NCBI GenBank assembly: GCA_002710135.1 | Contig: PAOY01000035.1 | Location: 448 to 64,447, forward strand | Direction of reading: 5' to 3' | Source: Dehalococcoidia bacterium | GTDB lineage: Bacteria > Chloroflexota > Dehalococcoidia > Lucifugimonadales > Lucifugimonadaceae | Length of the DNA stretch: 64,000 bases | Part shown: positions 27,529 to 37,592 of the stretch, piece after piece | Position numbering within the stretch: the first letter of the stretch is position 1 | How the letters are laid out: the number at the start of each line of letters is the position of its first letter | Notes under the pieces: model-generated | What the model saw: the letters and a program-made list of their open reading frames with translations, nothing else | The model's database searches: none | Told to the model about the DNA's origin: nothing | Program-made: the position numbers and the translations under genes

Positions 27529-28677
27529 GGTCATCTGTCCCTGATTGTCATTAACTTTTTTCTTTAGAACTTCCTCATCGAGAACTTCATCAATAACAGA
27601 GACATCAATAGCTTTATCAGGGTTTTTGTCTAATTGTGTTTCAAGATCTTTAACTGCACTAAATTTTCTGTCTAAAGCTTTTCTTCTTCTTCCTTCCAAA
27701 TATTCAAAATGAGTACTTGCTGTTTTTAATGCCCTACTAACAACAGACTGCTCTTCTATATAATTGTCCCATTCTTTTTTCAATTCATCTAAAATGGTCA
27801 TAATTTGATTTTGATTTTCTCCAATAGTTACAACTTTCATAAATTCTTTTATTACTCCTACAACTAGCAGTAAATTACCTGGTGATGTTATAGTAACTTT
27901 TTTACTTTGTGCATATTGAATAAGGTCCATTCTTTTCTCATAAATAAAAGAGAGTATATGATCACTTGGAACAAAAACAATTACATTATCTAAAGTATTT
28001 TCTTTAGTATTTATATACTTTGTACCTACTTCATCAATTATTTTTTTTAGTGAATCAAAAAATTTCTTTTCTCTATTCTGGGAATCAATAACTTCTGTTT
28101 TTTCATCCATAAGAGGTTGAAAATATTCCCATACAAATTTTGAATCCATATGAATCACTTTCCCATCAGGAAGATTGATTGTGAAATCAGGTCTTGTGCC
28201 ATTTTCTAAAACTTGTTGAGTTTCATATTGAACACCTTTGATAAAACCTGCGCTTCTAAATATATCCTCAGCCATAAGTTCTCCAAGTTGACCTCTGGTT
28301 TGACTACCTGAAAGAACATTTGTTAGTTTGCTAAATTCATCTTTTGCTATATTTATGGCATCTTCTGTACTCTTATTCTGTTTTCTCAAGAGATCATTTG
28401 TAGTTACAAGCTTAACGGTTTCTTGCATTGTTTTATCATATTGCCTAGTCATAAGATCTTTGACTGTTTGTAAATCTTTATTAAATTTATCATCTTTTTC
28501 AGAAAGTAATTCTTTTACTTTATTTTGAACTCCTTCAGTTGTGTCATCAGCGAATTCTTTAAATTTCAATCCAGAAAAATATTTAGAGAATCTTATAAAA
28601 AATAGAGTAGATATTCCCAAAATTGAAAAAATTAGTATAAATAGAAGAAAAATTATAGTTAGATTGAATGCGTTCAT
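27517..28677 (-). CDS. rmuC: DNA recombination protein RmuC
   Basis: 386 aa. N-terminal TM helix, a long coiled-coil-like region, and a PD-(D/E)xK-like core RPDFTINLPDGKVIHMDSKF. Confidence 0.8.
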   Translation of the reverse strand: MNAFNLTIIFLLFILIFSILGISTLFFIRFSKYFSGLKFKEFADDTTEGVQNKVKELLSEKDDKFNKDLQTVKDLMTRQYDKTMQETVKLVTTNDLLRKQNKSTEDAINIAKDEFSKLTNVLSGSQTRGQLGELMAEDIFRSAGFIKGVQYETQQVLENGTRPDFTINLPDGKVIHMDSKFVWEYFQPLMDEKTEVIDSQNREKKFFDSLKKIIDEVGTKYINTKENTLDNVIVFVPSDHILSFIYEKRMDLIQYAQSKKVTITSPGNLLLVVGVIKEFMKVVTIGENQNQIMTILDELKKEWDNYIEEQSVVSRALKTASTHFEYLEGRRRKALDRKFSAVKDLETQLDKNPDKAIDVSVIDEVLDEEVLKKKVNDNQGQMTLDN

Positions 28678-28788
28678 AAAGGTATTCTAAATCATGATAT
28701 AAGATTATTTTAGAGTTTTTATATTAGATAAGTCAAATTACATTTTCATTTGTTATAGGTATTAAGATAAATAAGTTAGAATATATTT

Positions 28789-29943
28789 ATGATCTTAAAA
28801 GCTCCAAACTACAGAGAATATTTTAATATAGACCCCAATATTTCATACTTAAATAGTGCTTACATGGGATTACTTCCAAAAAAATCTGTTCAGAAAGGAA
28901 GTGATGGTTTTAGTTTAAAATCTAGATCATGGGAAATTCAGTGGAGCGATTTTTATACTAAACCTGAGAATACTAGGAAATTATTTTCAAACTTAGTTAA
29001 CGCAAATATTGATTCTGTTTTTTTTGTTCCATCTGCCAGTTATGGTTTTTCAGTATTTGCTAATAATTTTAAGTTAGACACGCGAAAAACAATATTAATT
29101 CTAGAAGAAGAATTCCCTTCAAATGTTTGGATCTGGAAAGATTTAGTTAAGAAACAAAATGGTAATCTTGCTTTTGTTAAGAGACCTTTAGATGATGATT
29201 GGACCTCTGCTATATTAGATTCAATTAATTCAGATACAGCATTAGTTTCTGTACCAAACTGCCATTGGACTGATGGAGGATATATTGATTTAGAAAAACT
29301 ATCTAATGAGTTAAGAAAAGAAAATATTTCATTGGCAATAGATGGCACCCAATCAGTTGGAGTAATGCCATTAGATATTGAAAAAATAAAACCTGATTTT
29401 ATGGTTGTTTCAGGATATAAATGGTGTTTAGGACCATATAGTTTAGGTTTAGCTTATATTGACGAAAAATACCATCATGGTGAGCCAATTGAATATAATT
29501 GGTTATCTAAACTTCCTATCCCAAATGGTTCTGACTTTCCAATCATGACTGAATATAAAGATTTTGATTTTGATAATGCTAGAAAATTTGATTTTGGTCA
29601 AAGAGGTAATTTTCATCTAATACCTGCTTTAGAATCCTCATTAGAATTGATTACAAACATTGGACCTGAAAATATTTATAACTATGTAGACAAATTAAAT
29701 CAAGAAATTATAAAAAATACGTTAGATTTAGGTTTTTCTAATATTGATAGAAAATTTAGAGCAAAGCATTATCTTGGTTTGAGATTTGAAAAAGAGATAC
29801 CAAATAACTTTGTTGAAAACTTAGCCAAAGTTAACGTATTTATAAGCGCAAGAGGAAAAAAAGCGATAAGAGTTACTCCACATATTTGGAATAATCAAAA
29901 TGATATTGATATATTAATTAGCGGTTTAAGGAAGGTTTTATAA
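28789..29943 (+). CDS. class V aminotransferase-fold PLP-dependent enzyme
   Basis: 384 aa. N-terminus YLNSAYMGLLP. Putative PLP-Lys region VVSGYKWCLGPYSLG. Confidence 0.7.
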   Translation: MILKAPNYREYFNIDPNISYLNSAYMGLLPKKSVQKGSDGFSLKSRSWEIQWSDFYTKPENTRKLFSNLVNANIDSVFFVPSASYGFSVFANNFKLDTRKTILILEEEFPSNVWIWKDLVKKQNGNLAFVKRPLDDDWTSAILDSINSDTALVSVPNCHWTDGGYIDLEKLSNELRKENISLAIDGTQSVGVMPLDIEKIKPDFMVVSGYKWCLGPYSLGLAYIDEKYHHGEPIEYNWLSKLPIPNGSDFPIMTEYKDFDFDNARKFDFGQRGNFHLIPALESSLELITNIGPENIYNYVDKLNQEIIKNTLDLGFSNIDRKFRAKHYLGLRFEKEIPNNFVENLAKVNVFISARGKKAIRVTPHIWNNQNDIDILISGLRKVL

Positions 29944-29945
29944 AA

Positions 29946-30875
29946 ATGACGATTATTATTTCAGAAGAACAAGTAGGTGAAATACTAACTGTAAAAACTT
30001 CTGTTAGTTTACTTGAAGAAGCTATGAAATCAATTTCTACGGGTATGGGTTTTAATAGCCCTCGTAAAAGACTTCCTACTAGTTACAACGGAGGTAATTT
30101 ACATTTCATGGCTGCATCATGGCCAGAAAAAGGAATTGCTGGTCATAAAAGTTATGTTGTTACTAAAGGAAAAGCAACATTTGTTGTAGTTTTATATTCA
30201 ACAAAAGGAGATGGATTATTAGCAGTTGTTGAGGCTAACTTATTAGGTCAAATAAGAACAGGCGCTGCATCAGGATTGGCTTCAAAATATTTAGCTAATC
30301 CTAATGCAAAAACATTAGCTGTTATAGGTTCTGGTTTTCAAGCTGAAACTCAACTTGAAGCAATTAATTCACAGTTCAATTTAGATGAAGCAAGAATTTA
30401 TTCTAGAAACAAAGAAAATAGAGATTCTTTTGTAGATAAAATGAAAAAAAAATTAGACTTAAATATAATTGGTTGTAATTCTTCAGATGAAGCTACAAAT
30501 AATTCAGATATTATTTCACTTATAACTAATTCAACTACCCCAGTGATCTCAGATGAACAAATCACTCAAGGGATTCATGTAAATGCAGCCGGTGGCAATA
30601 GTTGGTTAAGATCAGAATTATCTACTAATTCTATAAAAAAGTTTGATTTTATTTCTTGTGATGACTTGGATCAAGCTAAAACAGAATCTAAAGAATTGAT
30701 GGAAGCAACTGAAAAAGGTATTACTTCTTGGAATAAAATTCATGAACTTTCTGATGTAATAAATAAAAAAATTATTGGACGAAAAAATAACCAAGATTCC
30801 ACCTTATATCAGTCATTGGGAATAGCAATCCAAGACATAGCAGTAGCTAAATATGTTTACGATCAGATAAAATAA
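29946..30875 (+). CDS. ornithine cyclodeaminase / mu-crystallin family protein
   Basis: 309 aa. Motifs LGQIRTGAASGLASKYLA and the Rossmann motif LAVIGSGFQAETQLEA. Lies 2 nt after the aminotransferase gene. Confidence 0.75.
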   Translation: MTIIISEEQVGEILTVKTSVSLLEEAMKSISTGMGFNSPRKRLPTSYNGGNLHFMAASWPEKGIAGHKSYVVTKGKATFVVVLYSTKGDGLLAVVEANLLGQIRTGAASGLASKYLANPNAKTLAVIGSGFQAETQLEAINSQFNLDEARIYSRNKENRDSFVDKMKKKLDLNIIGCNSSDEATNNSDIISLITNSTTPVISDEQITQGIHVNAAGGNSWLRSELSTNSIKKFDFISCDDLDQAKTESKELMEATEKGITSWNKIHELSDVINKKIIGRKNNQDSTLYQSLGIAIQDIAVAKYVYDQIK

Positions 30876-31473
30876 GATTTTTATATTCTTCCAAGATCTT
30901 TTGGTTTAATGATTTCAAATTTGAATTATTATTTATTAAAGTAAATGGAATATTATCTTTTTCTAAAATTTTGATCATATTTTTTACGTTGTTTTGATTC
31001 TTCAAAATTTTGTTAAAATTATTTTCTGATAAATTTCTATTATTAATCACTCTTTCTTTTGATAATTCTAAATCAGAATTAATTATCCAAATATGATCGA
31101 AAATTTTATGCCAATTTGCTTCAATAATGATAGCGCCTTCAAAAGCAATTAATTCTGATGAATTATTTTTTATTTTATTTAGTATAAAATTCTTAAGACT
31201 TGGCCATACTATGTTTTGTAAATTATTAAGATTCTTTGGGTTATTAAATACTAATTTACCCAGCACATTTGTGTCTATCTGATTACCTTTTGATACTGCA
31301 TTAGGGAAAGAATTAATGACTTTCTGCTTTATTTTTTCTTCTGTTTTGTAGAACTCTTTAGCAACTTTATCTAAATCATAAGTTGAGGTTCTATTGTTAC
31401 TTAAAAAACTTAATACAGAAGATTTTCCACTTCCTATATTTCCAGTTATTCCTAATGATTTCATAATTCCCAA
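30847..31473 (-). CDS. coaE: dephospho-CoA kinase
   Basis: 208 aa. P-loop LGITGNIGSGKSS. Size and layout typical of CoaE. Confidence 0.75.
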   Translation of the reverse strand: MGIMKSLGITGNIGSGKSSVLSFLSNNRTSTYDLDKVAKEFYKTEEKIKQKVINSFPNAVSKGNQIDTNVLGKLVFNNPKNLNNLQNIVWPSLKNFILNKIKNNSSELIAFEGAIIIEANWHKIFDHIWIINSDLELSKERVINNRNLSENNFNKILKNQNNVKNMIKILEKDNIPFTLINNNSNLKSLNQKILEEYKNLILSDRKHI

Positions 31474-31558
31474 ATCTTGTTTTTAACTAAACATGCAATT
31501 ATATATGATATTTAATAATATAAAAAAATACCCCCAGAGGTCTGAGCAATTAGATAAT

Positions 31559-31580
31559 AAGCTCTATTAGTTTAGAGCTT
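31559..31580 (-). terminator. possible hairpin terminator or RNA-stabilising stem just after the stop of the 31586-31909 gene
   Basis: Perfect 8-bp inverted repeat AAGCTCTA (31559-31566) / TAGAGCTT (31573-31580) with a 6-nt loop, 5 nt from the stop codon. The T-run (TTTTTAT) lies on the + strand side and only an A/U-rich tail follows on the - strand, so the orientation is ambiguous. Confidence 0.3.
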
Positions 31581-31585
31581 TTTAT

Positions 31586-31909
31586 CTAGAGACCCCTTCC
31601 TCTTAGTTTTTCATTTGTAACAACTTCATGAAATTCAATTTCGTATTTTTCAATATTGTTCTGTAACTCCTCTGATAACTTATTCCGTATTTTATCCGGA
31701 ACATTAGGGAAATTATTAGATTCTAATTTTTCTTGAGTCCATTCAGCAGAAACTGAATAATCATTTGAAGGAGTTCCCCACCCTGATACATATATTGTAG
31801 CTTTACTTCTACCCTTTTCTTCATATTCAGAGCAAATCTGTTTTAATAAACTTGCAACTTTCCATAGTTTGTCCCTACTAGTGGTACATTTTCTTCTGAT
31901 CAAAAACAT
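31586..31909 (-). CDS. hypothetical protein
   Basis: The track ORF runs to 31978. I prefer the ATG at 31909 (MFLIRRKCTTSRDKLWKV...), which has an AAGGAAA motif upstream and does not overlap the divergent EamA gene. No family recognised. Confidence 0.45.
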   Translation of the reverse strand: MFLIRRKCTTSRDKLWKVASLLKQICSEYEEKGRSKATIYVSGWGTPSNDYSVSAEWTQEKLESNNFPNVPDKIRNKLSEELQNNIEKYEIEFHEVVTNEKLRGRGL

Positions 31910-31941
31910 CTTATTTCCTTTCTTTAGTATAAAATAACTGA

Positions 31942-32781
31942 ATGCCAGTACTAATAATTGTCTTAGTTTTAATATCAACCTTTTTACATGCTACATGGAA
32001 TTTTTTAATAAAAAAATCTGAGCATCCTTATGAATATGTTCAATTATTAGCTCTTACAAGTGGAGCTATTTCTTTACCTCTAGCTATAATTTTTCTTTTT
32101 ACTGATGAGTTCACTATTTTAGGTGTTGCGCTTAGTATATTATCGGGTCTAATCCATGTTTTCTATTTCTATTTTTTGGGGACAGCTTATAGAAAAGCTG
32201 ATTTATCATTTGTTTACCCTATTGCCAGAGGAACGGCTGTTGCTTTAGTCCCAATATTTGGTCTTTTTATAATAGGCGAATCAGTTTCAAACCTCTCTCT
32301 TTTTGGAATTTTCATTGTATTTATTGGAATATTATCTTTAGGAAATATAACTCACATGAAATCTGTAAATCTAAACGATTTTATATTATCCTTAATTACT
32401 GGAGTAACAGTAACCTCTTATACTATTGTTGACAAATACGCTGTTTCTTTAGTCAATCCATTTTTTGTTTTTTCAATTTCGTCTTTTATAGGTGGATTTT
32501 TATCAATAACCTTAATTGATAAAAGAATTAATCATTTTTATATTGTGGCAAAAAACAATATAAAAACTGTAATATTAATATCCGTTTTAAGTGCAACTGC
32601 TTATACATTAGTTCTGTACGCTTACAAATATTCTGATGTCTCATTAGTAACACCATTAAGAGAAATTCAAACAGCTATAGCAGCAATTATGGGAATAGTT
32701 ATATTGAAGGAAAAACTCCAGTTATTTAAAATAATCGGGATATTATTTATAGTAGTTGGAGGAATTCTAATTACTTCTTAG
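31942..32781 (+). CDS. EamA/DMT-superfamily transporter
   Basis: 279 aa, about 10 TM segments. Two-repeat architecture typical of EamA proteins. Confidence 0.65.
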   Translation: MPVLIIVLVLISTFLHATWNFLIKKSEHPYEYVQLLALTSGAISLPLAIIFLFTDEFTILGVALSILSGLIHVFYFYFLGTAYRKADLSFVYPIARGTAVALVPIFGLFIIGESVSNLSLFGIFIVFIGILSLGNITHMKSVNLNDFILSLITGVTVTSYTIVDKYAVSLVNPFFVFSISSFIGGFLSITLIDKRINHFYIVAKNNIKTVILISVLSATAYTLVLYAYKYSDVSLVTPLREIQTAIAAIMGIVILKEKLQLFKIIGILFIVVGGILITS

Positions 32782-32782
32782 T

Positions 32783-33289
32783 TTATTTTTCTTCGATTTC
32801 AATAGAGTTTATTTTATCTCCAGGTTCAGGATCACTCATAGGGTCTCTTTCTCGAATACTTAAGACAACTTCCATACTTTTTTTATCTAATACCTTGCCA
32901 AATACTGTGTGTGCTCCGTCTAGATGAGGAGTTGGAGCATGAGTAATAAAAAATTGAGAACCATTCGTTCCGGGTCCTGCGTTAGCCATCGATAATATTC
33001 CTTCTGAATCATGCTTCAAAGAAGAAACAAATTCATCTTCAAACTGATATCCTGGACCTCCAGCTCCTGTGCCAGTTGGATCTCCACCTTGAACCATAAA
33101 TCCTGGAATGACTCTATGAAAGGTAGTTCCGTTATAATATCCAGATTTAGCTAAATTAATGAAATTTTCACATGTAATTGGAGTTTGGTCTGAATATAAA
33201 TGAATATTTATTTCACCTTTTTCTGTATTGATTTTGGCCTTATATGTTTTTGAAGTATCTAAGTTACCTTTTGGTGGTTCTAAATTCAT
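32783..33289 (-). CDS. ppiB: cyclophilin-type peptidyl-prolyl cis-trans isomerase
   Basis: 168 aa. Motifs [31 protein letters not shown] and HTVFGKV. Confidence 0.9.
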   Translation of the reverse strand: MNLEPPKGNLDTSKTYKAKINTEKGEINIHLYSDQTPITCENFINLAKSGYYNGTTFHRVIPGFMVQGGDPTGTGAGGPGYQFEDEFVSSLKHDSEGILSMANAGPGTNGSQFFITHAPTPHLDGAHTVFGKVLDKKSMEVVLSIRERDPMSDPEPGDKINSIEIEEK

Positions 33290-33513
33290 ATTTTTTATTC
33301 CTATTCTTAAATTTATAGTTCTAATTTTACCTAATTATTGATAGTTTTATTATGAAGTTATTACGAATATTTATTTCATTTTGAAGGGTTTTGCAAACTC
33401 TTTCGCATATCAATCAGTTATATAAGTCTAAAATTATTGATATACGATACTTAGATTGCTTTGTAGTTTAATATTACAATAACAAAATACTTTAATTTTT
33501 AAGAAAATTACTT

Positions 33514-34245
33514 ATGACAAAAAAATATATTTATACTTCTTACAAAGAAGCAATAAAAGATCTAAAAGATGATTCAAGTATCATGATTGGAGGCTTTGGG
33601 GTTCAGGGAGGCCAACCTACTAATCTAATGTTAGCTCTGAGGGACTTGAATTTAAGTAATCTAACTTTGATTGGAAATGTTGCAGGTATTTCAATGGTTA
33701 CCGGATATGGATGGAAAGAATCAGATAAGGATAAGATAATAGATCAAAGTATTTTTTTTAAGGATAAACAAGTAAAAAAAATCATTTGTTCTTTTCCTAT
33801 ACCATCTTCAAGAAATACTTTATCTGAAATTGAGAAAGCTTGGATAAATGAAGAGGCAGAAATAGAGATTATACCCCAAGGAACTTTAGCTGAAAAAATA
33901 CGAGCTGGAGGTTCAGGAATACCTGCTTTTTATACCAAAACAGGTGTGGGAACAATTGTTGAGAAAGAGAAAGAATCAAAAATAATTAATGGAGAAAAAT
34001 TTCTATTGGAATATGCCTTGAATGCTGATGTTTCTTTAATTAAAGCTTTCATATCAGATGAAAAAGGAAATTTAATTTACAAAGGTACATCTAGAGCTTT
34101 TAATCCAATAATGGCTACTGCGTCTAAGCTAACTATAGTAGAGGTAGATAAAATAGTTTCATCAAAAGATATTGACCCCGAGAGAATTGGAACTCCTGGT
34201 ATTTATGTGGATAGAATAGTGACAAAAAATAATGAGTTATCCTAA
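33514..34245 (+). CDS. scoA: 3-oxoacid CoA-transferase, subunit A
   Basis: 243 aa. Motifs IMIGGFGVQGGQP, QGTLAEKIRAGGSGIPAFYT and GNLIYKGTSRAFNP. Confidence 0.85.
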   Translation: MTKKYIYTSYKEAIKDLKDDSSIMIGGFGVQGGQPTNLMLALRDLNLSNLTLIGNVAGISMVTGYGWKESDKDKIIDQSIFFKDKQVKKIICSFPIPSSRNTLSEIEKAWINEEAEIEIIPQGTLAEKIRAGGSGIPAFYTKTGVGTIVEKEKESKIINGEKFLLEYALNADVSLIKAFISDEKGNLIYKGTSRAFNPIMATASKLTIVEVDKIVSSKDIDPERIGTPGIYVDRIVTKNNELS

Positions 34246-34903
34246 AAAATTAAATAAAGAAGATATTGCATTTAGAGCATCATTAGAATTACCTTCAGAT
34301 TCATATGTAAATTTAGGTATTGGAATGCCGTCTTTATGTGCAAAATATTTACAAAAAGAAAAAAATATAACATTTCAAGCTGAAAATGGAATTCTAGGCT
34401 TTAATGAAATTTCAAAAGAAGATGAACAAGATGAAAACTTAATTGATGCTGGAGGCCAATTCTTAGTAAAAGCTCCAGGAATGTCATTTTTTGACTCAGC
34501 TGAATCTTTTGGTATGATCAGGGGGAATCATTTAGATATGACCGTGCTAGGAGCTCTTCAAGTTTCCGAAAAAGGAGATTTAGCCAATTGGATGATAAAA
34601 GATAGAGGGATTGGTTCTATAGGTGGTGCGATGGATTTAGTTGTTGGTGCAAAGGAAGTAATAGTTACAATGGATCATGTTACAAAAGAAAATAAACCTA
34701 AAATTTTGAAAGAATGTGATTTTCCATTAACTGGTATAAATTGCGTGAATAAAATAATTACAGATATTGCTGTAATTATTGTTGAGGACCAAGGATTAAT
34801 TCTTACAGAAATTGCTGAAGGATGGTCAACTGAACAAGTTCAGTCTCTTACTGAGCCAAAATTAATTGTTAGTAATAAATTAATTAGATATATAACTAAA
34901 TAA
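34232..34903 (+). CDS. scoB: 3-oxoacid CoA-transferase, subunit B
   Basis: 223 aa. Catalytic Glu motif FQAENGILG and GGAMDLVVGAK. Overlaps subunit A by 14 nt. Confidence 0.85.
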   Translation: MSYPKKLNKEDIAFRASLELPSDSYVNLGIGMPSLCAKYLQKEKNITFQAENGILGFNEISKEDEQDENLIDAGGQFLVKAPGMSFFDSAESFGMIRGNHLDMTVLGALQVSEKGDLANWMIKDRGIGSIGGAMDLVVGAKEVIVTMDHVTKENKPKILKECDFPLTGINCVNKIITDIAVIIVEDQGLILTEIAEGWSTEQVQSLTEPKLIVSNKLIRYITK

Positions 34904-34907
34904 ATGT

Positions 34908-35912
34908 TTATCTAACATCAACTATTAGTTTTCCAAAATTCTCTCCTTCAAATAACTTCATGAAAATTGAAGGGATACTATCGAATCCTTTATAAATATC
35001 TTCTTTATATATTATTTCACCAGATTTTATCCATCTCGAAATTGAATTCATTGCTTCATCATATTTATGTTCAAAATTAAAAACTATAAATCCTTGCATT
35101 GTTGATTGCTTGGTTAATAAAGTTCTTGCAACTCTTGGCCCTTGTGGTGGAACTTTAGCATTATAATTTGCTATTTGTCCGCATATAGCTGTTCTTGAGA
35201 AATTAGATAAATGATTTAATACAGCATCAGATATTTCTCCGCCTACATTATCAAAATACATATTTACAAAATTTTCCCCCAATGATCCCAATTCTTTATC
35301 AATATCTTGAGTTTTATAATTTATGCAATGATCAAAATTTAGCTTATCTAAACAATATTTTACTTTTTCGCTAGAACCAGCTATACCAATTACTTTACAT
35401 CCCATAAGTTTTGCAATTTGACCAACAATTGACCCTACTGCACCAGATGCAGCTGAAACAACGATTGTTTCACCCGGCTTTGGTTTACAAACCTCTAAGA
35501 AACCTAAATAAGCTGTTCTTCCAGGCATTCCCAATACTCCTAAAGAATATGTAATGGGTAAAGATTTATCTTGTGTTATTTTAGTTATATTTTTTTCGTT
35601 TAAGGTTGCATATTTTTGCCAACCAGATTTTGCATTAACCATATCTCCTACATCAAATAATTTAGATTTTGATTCAACAATTTTTCCAACAATTTCTCCT
35701 TCCATTACTCCTCCAATTTCTACTGGAGCAGAATATGAAGGCCCTGCATTCATTCTTCCTCTCATATATGGATCCAGCGATAAATATTGAGCTTCGATTA
35801 AAACATCTCCATAATCAAGTGATTGAGTATCTGTTATATTTATTTTTAAATCTTCTTCAATATTAGGTGTTCCTGAAGGTCTTTTATTAAGAACCCATTG
35901 TTTATTTTTCAT
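34908..35912 (-). CDS. NADP-dependent oxidoreductase, zinc-independent MDR (alkenal/enone reductase, YncB/CurA/PTGR-like)
   Basis: 334 aa. Motifs MPGRTAYLGF and VSAASGAVGSIVGQIAK. C-terminus is GKLIV. Confidence 0.8.
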   Translation of the reverse strand: MKNKQWVLNKRPSGTPNIEEDLKINITDTQSLDYGDVLIEAQYLSLDPYMRGRMNAGPSYSAPVEIGGVMEGEIVGKIVESKSKLFDVGDMVNAKSGWQKYATLNEKNITKITQDKSLPITYSLGVLGMPGRTAYLGFLEVCKPKPGETIVVSAASGAVGSIVGQIAKLMGCKVIGIAGSSEKVKYCLDKLNFDHCINYKTQDIDKELGSLGENFVNMYFDNVGGEISDAVLNHLSNFSRTAICGQIANYNAKVPPQGPRVARTLLTKQSTMQGFIVFNFEHKYDEAMNSISRWIKSGEIIYKEDIYKGFDSIPSIFMKLFEGENFGKLIVDVR

Positions 35913-36105
35913 TGATACATCCTTTAGTTAATAAAATTATTAATTAATTTATAGAAATAATTATATTACTTACAAAAAATCATATTTTGAAGATAAGATT
36001 TTATTTCTTTTTATATCTTCTGAAATTTGTTTATTATTAATTTTATTTAATTTAATATTTACGTTATGCTAAGTATAATACTAACTACAATTTAGTGAGG
36101 TATGA

Positions 36106-36966
36106 TTGAAAAGCTTAATTGATTTAGATTTAAAAAACCCAATACTATTATGTAGTTGGCAAGGTTGGCCAGATGCTGCGGAATCAGCAACTAAATCACT
36201 TGAAGAAATTATTTCACAATTAGAAATTATTGATACTTACAAAATATCTTCTGAAGAATATTATATTTATTCAGATAAAAGACCACATGTATCTAATCCT
36301 AAACCTGAAAAAAGGAAAATTGATTGGCCTGAAAATAAATTCTCGTTTGTAAAAACTAATCAAGATAATGATCTTATTTTATTCGAAGGTATAGAGCCTG
36401 ACTTATATTGGAAAAAATATATAAAAGAATTTTTATCAGTTGTGAATTTTTACAATGTAAATCAGGTTATTATGGTTGGATCATTATTAGATTCAGTTCC
36501 TCATACTAGAGAACCTAGAATTAGTGTTACGGCTACAAGATCAGAAAATAATAAGATTTTAGAAGGTATAAAATTTTTACCTCCAACATATGAGGGACCT
36601 GCTGGAATAACTTCTGCTATTGGAGAAAAGCTTGACTCCAAAAAAATATCAGCTATTTCAATTTGGGGGCATACTCCTCATTATTTGCAAGTAACACATA
36701 ATCCTATATTATCTGCTGCAATCATGAGAGAAATAGATAAAATGCTAAACCTTAATCTAAATTTTGATAAAATTTCAAAAAAATCTGAAGAATTCAGATC
36801 TTCATTAAATTTAGCACTTGAAGATCACAAAGAAATAACAAAATATGTTGAAAGACTTGAAGAATCATATGACACAGAAGAAATGTCTAAAATTGATCCT
36901 GAACCAAAGCTAATTATAAAAGATCTTGAAAATTTCCTAAAAGAATCTAGAGAAAATCAAAATTGA
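36106..36966 (+). CDS. PAC2 (proteasome assembly chaperone 2-like) family protein
   Basis: 286 aa. TTG start with TGAGGT 5 nt upstream. LLCSWQGWPDAAESAT matches the FEGWNDAGDAA motif I recall for bacterial PAC2 proteins. Confidence 0.6.
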   Translation: MKSLIDLDLKNPILLCSWQGWPDAAESATKSLEEIISQLEIIDTYKISSEEYYIYSDKRPHVSNPKPEKRKIDWPENKFSFVKTNQDNDLILFEGIEPDLYWKKYIKEFLSVVNFYNVNQVIMVGSLLDSVPHTREPRISVTATRSENNKILEGIKFLPPTYEGPAGITSAIGEKLDSKKISAISIWGHTPHYLQVTHNPILSAAIMREIDKMLNLNLNFDKISKKSEEFRSSLNLALEDHKEITKYVERLEESYDTEEMSKIDPEPKLIIKDLENFLKESRENQN

Positions 36967-37592
36967 AATCCCTCGATAAACTATTAAACTCAAATTTATC
37001 TGAAATTGGCTTTTTTAATAAATCTAATAAATCCTCAGATAAATTGAATATTTTAGGAGTTTCTAAAAGTCAATCTGATTTAGAAAAATATAGTTGTGAT
37101 GCATACATTTCTACAGATACTGTAAAGAAATCAATAAAAAGTATTGGTAAATATTTTGATTCTAATGACACTGAAAAGTCTATTGAAAATTTTGATTTTA
37201 TAATTTTAGAAAATACAAAAGAAGTAAAAATAAATTTATTGATTTATGAAATCCCAATTTGTATTCAAATAAATCATCAAGATTTATTATCTGAACAAAG
37301 ATTAGCTACTTTTGATTCGTTTGATTTTGATTTTTTCATTTATAAAATTGAAAAGGATTTTATATTTAATTTTCAAGAAGTAATTACAATTAAGGAAAGG
37401 TTAAATTCAATAAGATCTAATTGGTTTATTTACTTAGATAATAATAATTTGACAGATGAAGACTTACAATATATTTATGATCTTGGATTTGTAGGCTTAA
37501 TTGTCGATTTAGATAAACTTAAAATGAAAGATTTCAATAAAATTAAGGCAAGTATAAAAAAAATAGAAGAAAAGAAAAATGGGAAAATTTGA
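36963..37592 (+). CDS. hypothetical protein
   Basis: 209 aa. TTG start overlapping the PAC2 stop (TTGA). Overlaps the downstream tyrA-like gene by 14 nt. No family recognised. Confidence 0.5.
   Translation: MKSLDKLLNSNLSEIGFFNKSNKSSDKLNILGVSKSQSDLEKYSCDAYISTDTVKKSIKSIGKYFDSNDTEKSIENFDFIILENTKEVKINLLIYEIPICIQINHQDLLSEQRLATFDSFDFDFFIYKIEKDFIFNFQEVITIKERLNSIRSNWFIYLDNNNLTDEDLQYIYDLGFVGLIVDLDKLKMKDFNKIKASIKKIEEKKNGKI

Noticed and set aside
28789-29943. Calling the class V aminotransferase-fold protein a selenocysteine lyase or SelA-like enzyme because a tRNA-Sec is present in the window.
   Set aside because: It lies 13 kb away from selC on the other strand and is paired with an ornithine cyclodeaminase-family gene. 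I see no active-site Cys loop or SelA-specific features. The link would be pure speculation.
33352-33384. A 10-codon mini-ORF (MKLLRIFISF) in the 224-nt spacer upstream of scoA, as a possible leader peptide or attenuator.
   Set aside because: It has no Shine-Dalgarno motif and no adjacent alternative hairpins that I could find. Short ATG...TGA ORFs are expected by chance in AT-rich spacers.
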